From positions 35,712,001-35,776,000 of the forward strand of contig OX597831.1 in NCBI GenBank assembly GCA_951406725.2: a stretch of DNA of 64,000 nucleotides, read 5' to 3'. Source of the stretch: Octopus vulgaris (lineage: Eukaryota). Positions 58,335-64,000 of this stretch are shown here, one piece after another (position 1 is the stretch's first letter; every line of letters begins with the position of its first letter). Both the position numbers and the translations under genes were made by a program. The notes under the pieces were generated by a model, which was not told where the DNA came from, made no database searches, and saw nothing but the letters and a program-made list of their open reading frames with translations.

Positions 58335-58342
<8 letters not shown>
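58222..58342 (+). mobile_element. 3' part of SINE C (RTE-type tail) in (TA)n
   Basis: Reverse complement of 7586-7705. Confidence 0.75.
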
Positions 58343-58374
<32 letters not shown>

Positions 58375-58458
58375 TGGTGCTTCAGCACGACTGCAGGTAC
58401 TTGGTTGAAACGCATAAATGCATACATACATACATACATACATACGTATATATATGAA

Positions 58459-59005
58459 CATATGGGCACAGTACATCACCAATTGTGTAAACAACATGGA
58501 ATACGAAAAAAAAAACGCGTTAAATACGCAAACAACGAGAGAAAAACATGGAAAACAGGACAAGTAAACACAGAGAACTCTTTTCCTGCACAGATGTTCA
58601 AAGTACTGGATGTTTTCTTTCTCTCTCTTCTATCTTTTCTCTTTTCAAAGAAAATATTTCTCCCAGCGTTCACTATTTTCCTCTCGTTCTGGTCTAATAC
58701 CTTTCATATTTGTTTTCGTTCGGTTTCCTTGTATGTCTCAACTGTCGTGTTTTTGTTCCCAACTTTGACCGTCCATAAATCCAAAATTTTATTTTAGAAA
58801 TTATGGGAGCAACTGTCTTCGAAGACTCATATTGTCGTTGAATGCTCGAAATGAGGAGTAGATAGATAGTCGACAACTGATGAGGGGTCGTTCTCTGTGT
58901 TTAATTGTTCTGATTTCCATTTTTCTCTCGTTCTTTGCGTATTTAACACGTTTGTTTTCGTATTTCATGTGGTTTACACAGTTGATGACATCCTGTATCC
59001 ATATA
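58459..59005. repeat. Inverted-repeat element (~120-bp arms, ~310-bp spacer) between TA-rich tracts
   Basis: 58459-58578 is the diverged reverse complement of 58890-59005. Confidence 0.75.
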
Positions 59006-59052
<47 letters not shown>

Positions 59053-59090
59053 GAATGGAGCTGAACGACGAATTAACAAGATTCCTTTAT

Positions 59091-59171
59091 TTTCAACATA
59101 TGTTTCGAAGGCTGCATATTCCTAATTGCGAAGGAATAAGGAGTACATTATGCCGCTTTCTCATCAGGAAA
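59091..59171 (-). ncRNA. Type I hammerhead with extended helix II in a ~195-bp (TA)n-flanked element (59048-59244)
   Basis: TTTC-CTGATGA-GAAAGCGGCATA-(30 nt)-TATGCAGCCTTC-GAAA-CATATG-TT-GAAA; palindromic AACATATGTT. Confidence 0.7.
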
Positions 59172-59241
59172 TTCTGATGTGAATTTGCTACCCAGGTATC
59201 GGTTAATTCGAATTATCCTTAATAAGATAATTCATTCAAAC

Positions 59242-59310
<69 letters not shown>

Positions 59311-59952
59311 CAGGTCATCGCATGAGTTCTGTCCGATTTAACATTTTTTTAAAATTGAATGAAATTCAATAGTATTTCAGAATGTCTAATAGGATTAAAA
59401 ATTATTTTTATGCATTTGTGTACATTTAAAATAATCAAATATTATTTTACAGAATAATAGAATTAAAATTTCTTTGATTAAAACCCTTTCTAACATGGAA
59501 ATATGCAAAGAGCATTTAAGGCACATAATGCTTTATGAGTAAAAAAAGGAAACTCTGCAGCCAAAGCGACTCGAAACATACACTCAGTTTATGGGAAAGA
59601 ATGCTTGAATGAAAGAACTTGCAGAAGATGGTTTGCAAAATTTAGAAGGGGAGATTTCAGCCTTGAAGATGAAGATCGAACAGGACGTCCAGTTGAGTTT
59701 GATAATAAGCTCTTTAAGGTATTACTTGAAGAAAATCCGGCATTATCGGTTGAAGAATTGGCAATAAAGCTTAGTTCAAACCATACAACCCTTCATCGTC
59801 ATCTTCAACAACTTGGAAAGGTTCCTAAACTTGGAAAATGGGTGCCCCATGAATTGTCCGGAAGCAACAGCAAGTCCCGAGTTGACATCTGCTCTTCTCT
59901 CCATTCTCGCGAACTCGTTTCACCCTTTTTGGATAGACTTGTGACTGGTGAC
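59311..59952 (+). pseudogene. Mariner transposase 5' half, truncated at the first catalytic Asp
   Basis: TIR-like start CAGGTCATCGCATGAGTTCTGTCCG; ATG at 59495; RRWFAKF..LEDEDRTGRP..WVPHEL..LVTGD; internal stop. Confidence 0.9.
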
Positions 59953-60384
59953 ACATATCACATTTGCCGATAAATTCTCTATTTACATAATATCGAGGTC
60001 TCTTTCATTCTTTTGTTGTCTTACAATTTCTATCAATATATGTGTATACATGTATATATATTTATGTATATATATATGTGTGTATATATTTATATATATA
60101 TACGTATATATATATATGTATATATGTATATATATGTATATATATGTATATATATATATATAATATATAATAATAATATTAGGGAGTAAAACTCCAAACT
60201 TACAGGGAAAATTTCAATTTAGTATTAAATCAAATTTCACAATATAAATATATAAATATATATAAATTAGCGAAAAACCACTATTATGTAATGATAGACG
60301 TAAATCATACCATATAGAAAAAATAAAATATATAAAACATTTACCTAGATCACAATAAAGTACATAATAATAAATAAACAGTAT

Positions 60385-60418
<34 letters not shown>

Positions 60419-60555
60419 CGAGCGTGTATATATACATGTAAATGTGTGTATGTGTGTGCATATATATAGGGAGAGTTTACGAAAAAAACAAAAGACGAAG
60501 ACAGGTGGTGTACAAAAACAGATATATTTGTATAACGCTCAGGAAGAGAAAAAGT

Positions 60556-60591
60556 CTTTTACGTTTCGAGCCTACGCTCTTCTACAGAAAG
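60556..60591 (-). ncRNA. Minimal type I hammerhead motif (A6>U) in a ~200-bp (TA)n-flanked element (60465-60668)
   Basis: CTTT-CTGTAGA-A-GAGC-GTAG-GCTC-GAAA-CG-TA-AAAG. Confidence 0.6.
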
Positions 60592-60667
60592 GGACACAGA
60601 AAAAACAAGGAGAGAAACAAGGAGAGAAAAAATGTGTGTAGTGTCTAACGATCTATCATGGCGATTG

Positions 60668-60716
<49 letters not shown>

Positions 60717-61409
60717 TGTGTTGGTGTGTGTATGTGTGTGTATGTATGTATGTATGTATGTATGTATGTATGTATGTATACACATACAGAACAGTCTCCC
60801 ACACTGTTTCCACCAAGTAAATTTTCTCACAAGGCATTGGACATCCTGGAACTGCACGGTGGTGGGATTGAAACCCGAAACCATGATTCGGCAAAAGTGA
60901 GTTCCTTAATCACACAATCACGGAGAAATTACACGAATTGCTAACTGATAGCTTTCAGTTAAGTTCGCAAAAATTCTGAAAGCGAATCTAAATATTGAAT
61001 GAACTACAGATGCAGCAAGTTTCTGTGCAAATTAATGCACTGTATAATTTGCACTTGCATGCCAAATTACGTAGACCGACATCTCTCGAAGCTAATGAAC
61101 CAATGAGAGAAACTATAGGAAAATGAAGATGGATTAAGCAGATATCTAGGGGGACGTAATTAATGTTGCGTGACAAACTGGAAATTGTCCGTGTGCCGAT
61201 GGTTTTATGTATATTTATTGGATGGAATTCAGAGGATCCACGACCCCTGCACTTAATGAAAGACAAATACTCCTGACACTCAAAAGAATTTGTATATTCA
61301 TTTCATTTTGAAGAGAAGCAGAGCACATGTAGAATATGGGGAAGATAATTAACCCCCACCACACACGTGAGCGTGTATATATATGTGAATGTATGTTTGT
61401 GTGTGTATG

Positions 61410-61453
<44 letters not shown>

Positions 61454-61704
61454 AAGTGGGATATGCATTTCTATGTATTTATCTACCTACCTACCTACGT
61501 ATCTACTTACCTACCTTTCCATCTCTGTCTCTCTAGCTCTCTCTATCTCTCTGTCTCTCCATCTATTTATCTGTCTGTCAGTCTGTATCTATCTTTCTTT
61601 TCTTTCTCTCTCTTTTCTCTTTCTTTCCCTTTCTTTTTCTTTCTCCTTTTCTTTCTTTGCCTTTCTCTTCCTTTCTTTGTCTTTCTCTCTTTCTCTCTAT
61701 GTAC

Positions 61705-61777
<73 letters not shown>

Positions 61778-62089
61778 CATACATACATATGTATCTATAT
61801 GCATTTACGCATACATACGCATACATATGCATGTATACATAGATATATACTTTATAAGGTTTTGCAAAAAGTACTCACTATTCTCACTATATTCAAAGAA
61901 ATATGTTTTTTTTTTCTAAAGTTATTAACTATTTAAAAAAATTCTTAAGAAACTGTATGTCATGACAGTTTTTGAAAAAAAAAGTTTTCATATTGTACGT
62001 ACTTTGTGTGTTAGTGCTTTTGTTGTTCAACTTTTCAAACACACACATTCTGAACTAATCCATATAGAGGAAGTCGTTTTTAATAATGG

Positions 62090-63130
62090 TCCTGGATATC
62101 TCCGGTTTAGCTTTGGATTTAAAATTCATATAAAGCATTTTTCTTTTTGCATTTTGTAGTTGATCATATTAGTCATTTATTTTTTTTTAGAAAAGTAATA
62201 TTTTGAATTTTCCATTTGCACAAATCTCTAGCTGTTTACAATATGAAACATTTCTATAAGAGACGAAGTTTTTTAATTTGCTGCTTGTTCACACTCATAC
62301 AGTTGTTAAGTTCTATTCCTGTTTCTCCAATGTAATTCTCTTTGCATTGAGGCTATGTAATGCGATGATATTTTATGTTTTGCCATTCAAGTTTGCCTTC
62401 ACCTTTAATTCCTTCCCATTTTTGAAACATTTTTTTCACACGTTCCACAACAAGAGTCGTCATAGTTTGTTACCTGAATTATTTCTTTCTCCAACATGAG
62501 TCTCACCCTTGTCGGGAGTCTCTTGAAGTTTGGTGGTTGCCTTCTGCCGTTGATTTGTGATCCTTTAGTTATTTGTCAGGCTAAATGTAGGATGTGGTTT
62601 CTAGGATTATGGTTGACTACAAACGAAATATTTGTGTTTGTGCTTTTATTTTTACTCTCAGTGTTAGTGTTTTCTTTTTAAGTCAGACAATGGGACTTCT
62701 TTTGCTTTGATTATGACATAATTTATTAGGATTTGGTGGGTATTATTGTTTCAGAGGGAACATGTACCGTTTCATTCATTTCCATAGTGAAATGGATCGA
62801 TTCATCAATGCTCTTTACTCTTTTACTTGTTTCAGTCATTTGACTGTGGCCATGCTGGAGCACCACCTTTAATCGAGCAACTCGACCCCGGGACTTATTC
62901 TTTGTAAGCCTAGTACTTATTCTATCGGTCTCTTTTGCCGAACCGCTAAGTGACGGGGACATAAACACACCAGCATCGGTGGTCAAGCGATGTTGGGGGG
63001 GACAAACACAGACATACAAACATACAGGCACACACACACACACACATCTATATATATATATATATATACGACGGGCTTCTTTCAGTTTCCGTCTACCAAA
63101 TCCACTCACAAGGCTTTGGTCGGCCCGAGG

Positions 63131-63178
<48 letters not shown>

Positions 63179-63594
63179 GATGGGCTTCTTTCAGTTTCTG
63201 TCTACCAAATCCACTCACAAGGCTTTGGTCGGCCCGAGGCTATAGTAGAAGACACTTGCGTAAGATTCCATGCAGTGGGACTGAACCCGGAACCATGTGG
63301 TTGGTAAGCAAGCTACTTATCACACATCCACTCCTGGTGTATATTAATTTAAGGAATCTTGCAAGACCTTCCTTACTTTTGTTCCAAACTATGAAGCAGT
63401 CATTCAAGAATATTTTCCAGTTCCCTATTAAATAGAATTGGAAATGTTGATAAAATGTAATTCCAGAAAGGTTATAGAATTTTCTTTCTGGTTTCCCCAT
63501 CACTAGTTCCATGAACGTTTGTGCAACTGTGATTCCCATTACTGTGTCTTACATTTGTAGGTAATATCATTTATCCAATAAATAATTGTTTTTC
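62090..63594 (-). pseudogene. Penelope-like element remnant: RT, linker and GIY-YIG, interrupted by a SINE A
   Basis: MGITVAQTFMELVMG..WKIFLNDCFIVW, SIDESIHFTME, HNPRN..RRQPPNFKRL, SCCGTCE, QCKENYIGETG, LNPKLN. Confidence 0.8.
62811..63334 (-). mobile_element. SINE family A with an internal ~65-bp duplication
   Basis: Segment 63068-63134 is repeated at 63177-63243, separated by (TA)n. Confidence 0.85.
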
Positions 63595-63760
63595 TGGCTG
63601 TGTGGTAAGTAGCTTGCTTACCAACCACATGGTTCCGGGTTCAGTCTCACTGCGTGGCACCTTGGGCAAGTGTCTTCTACTATAGCCTCGGGTCGACCAA
63701 AACCTTGTGAGTGGACTTGGTAGACGGAAACTGAAAAGAAGCCTGTCGTATATATGTATG

Positions 63761-63793
<33 letters not shown>

Positions 63794-64000
63794 TTGTCCC
63801 CCCCCCCCAACATTGCTTGACAACCGATGCTGGTGTGTTTACGTCCCCGTAACTTAGTGGTTCGGCAAAAGACCCCGATAGAATAAGTACTAGACTTACA
63901 AAGAATAAGTCCTGGGGTCGATTTGCTCGACTAAAGGCGGTGCTCCAGCATGGCAGCAGTCAAATGACTGAAACAAATAAAAGAGTAAAAGAGAGTAAAA
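63595..64000 (+). mobile_element. SINE family A (young, near full length)
   Basis: Head, core and GTAAAAGA tail with CpGs retained. Confidence 0.85.

Overview
AT-rich, repeat-saturated eukaryotic non-coding DNA. The SINE/LINE repertoire and microsatellite load suggest a coleoid cephalopod (Octopus-like) genome; this is an inference. No intact host gene could be recognised, and almost all supplied ORFs are translations of microsatellites. The window is a transposon graveyard: tRNA-derived SINEs, decayed LINEs (RTE, CR1-like, R4/Dong, HERO-like, Tx1-like), Penelope-like RT/GIY-YIG remnants, DD37D and mariner transposase pseudogenes, a piggyBac pseudogene, Helitron remnants, several MITEs and a ~175-bp satellite. 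The most notable hidden signal is about ten minimal type I hammerhead-ribozyme motifs from roughly seven short element families. Most sit between (TA)n or (AAT)n tracts and several lie in Penelope-style inverted repeats. They include C3-G8, G3-C8 and putative U3-A8 core variants, and one family couples a tRNA-like Pol III head to a hammerhead tail. All folds were done by eye and none was tested.
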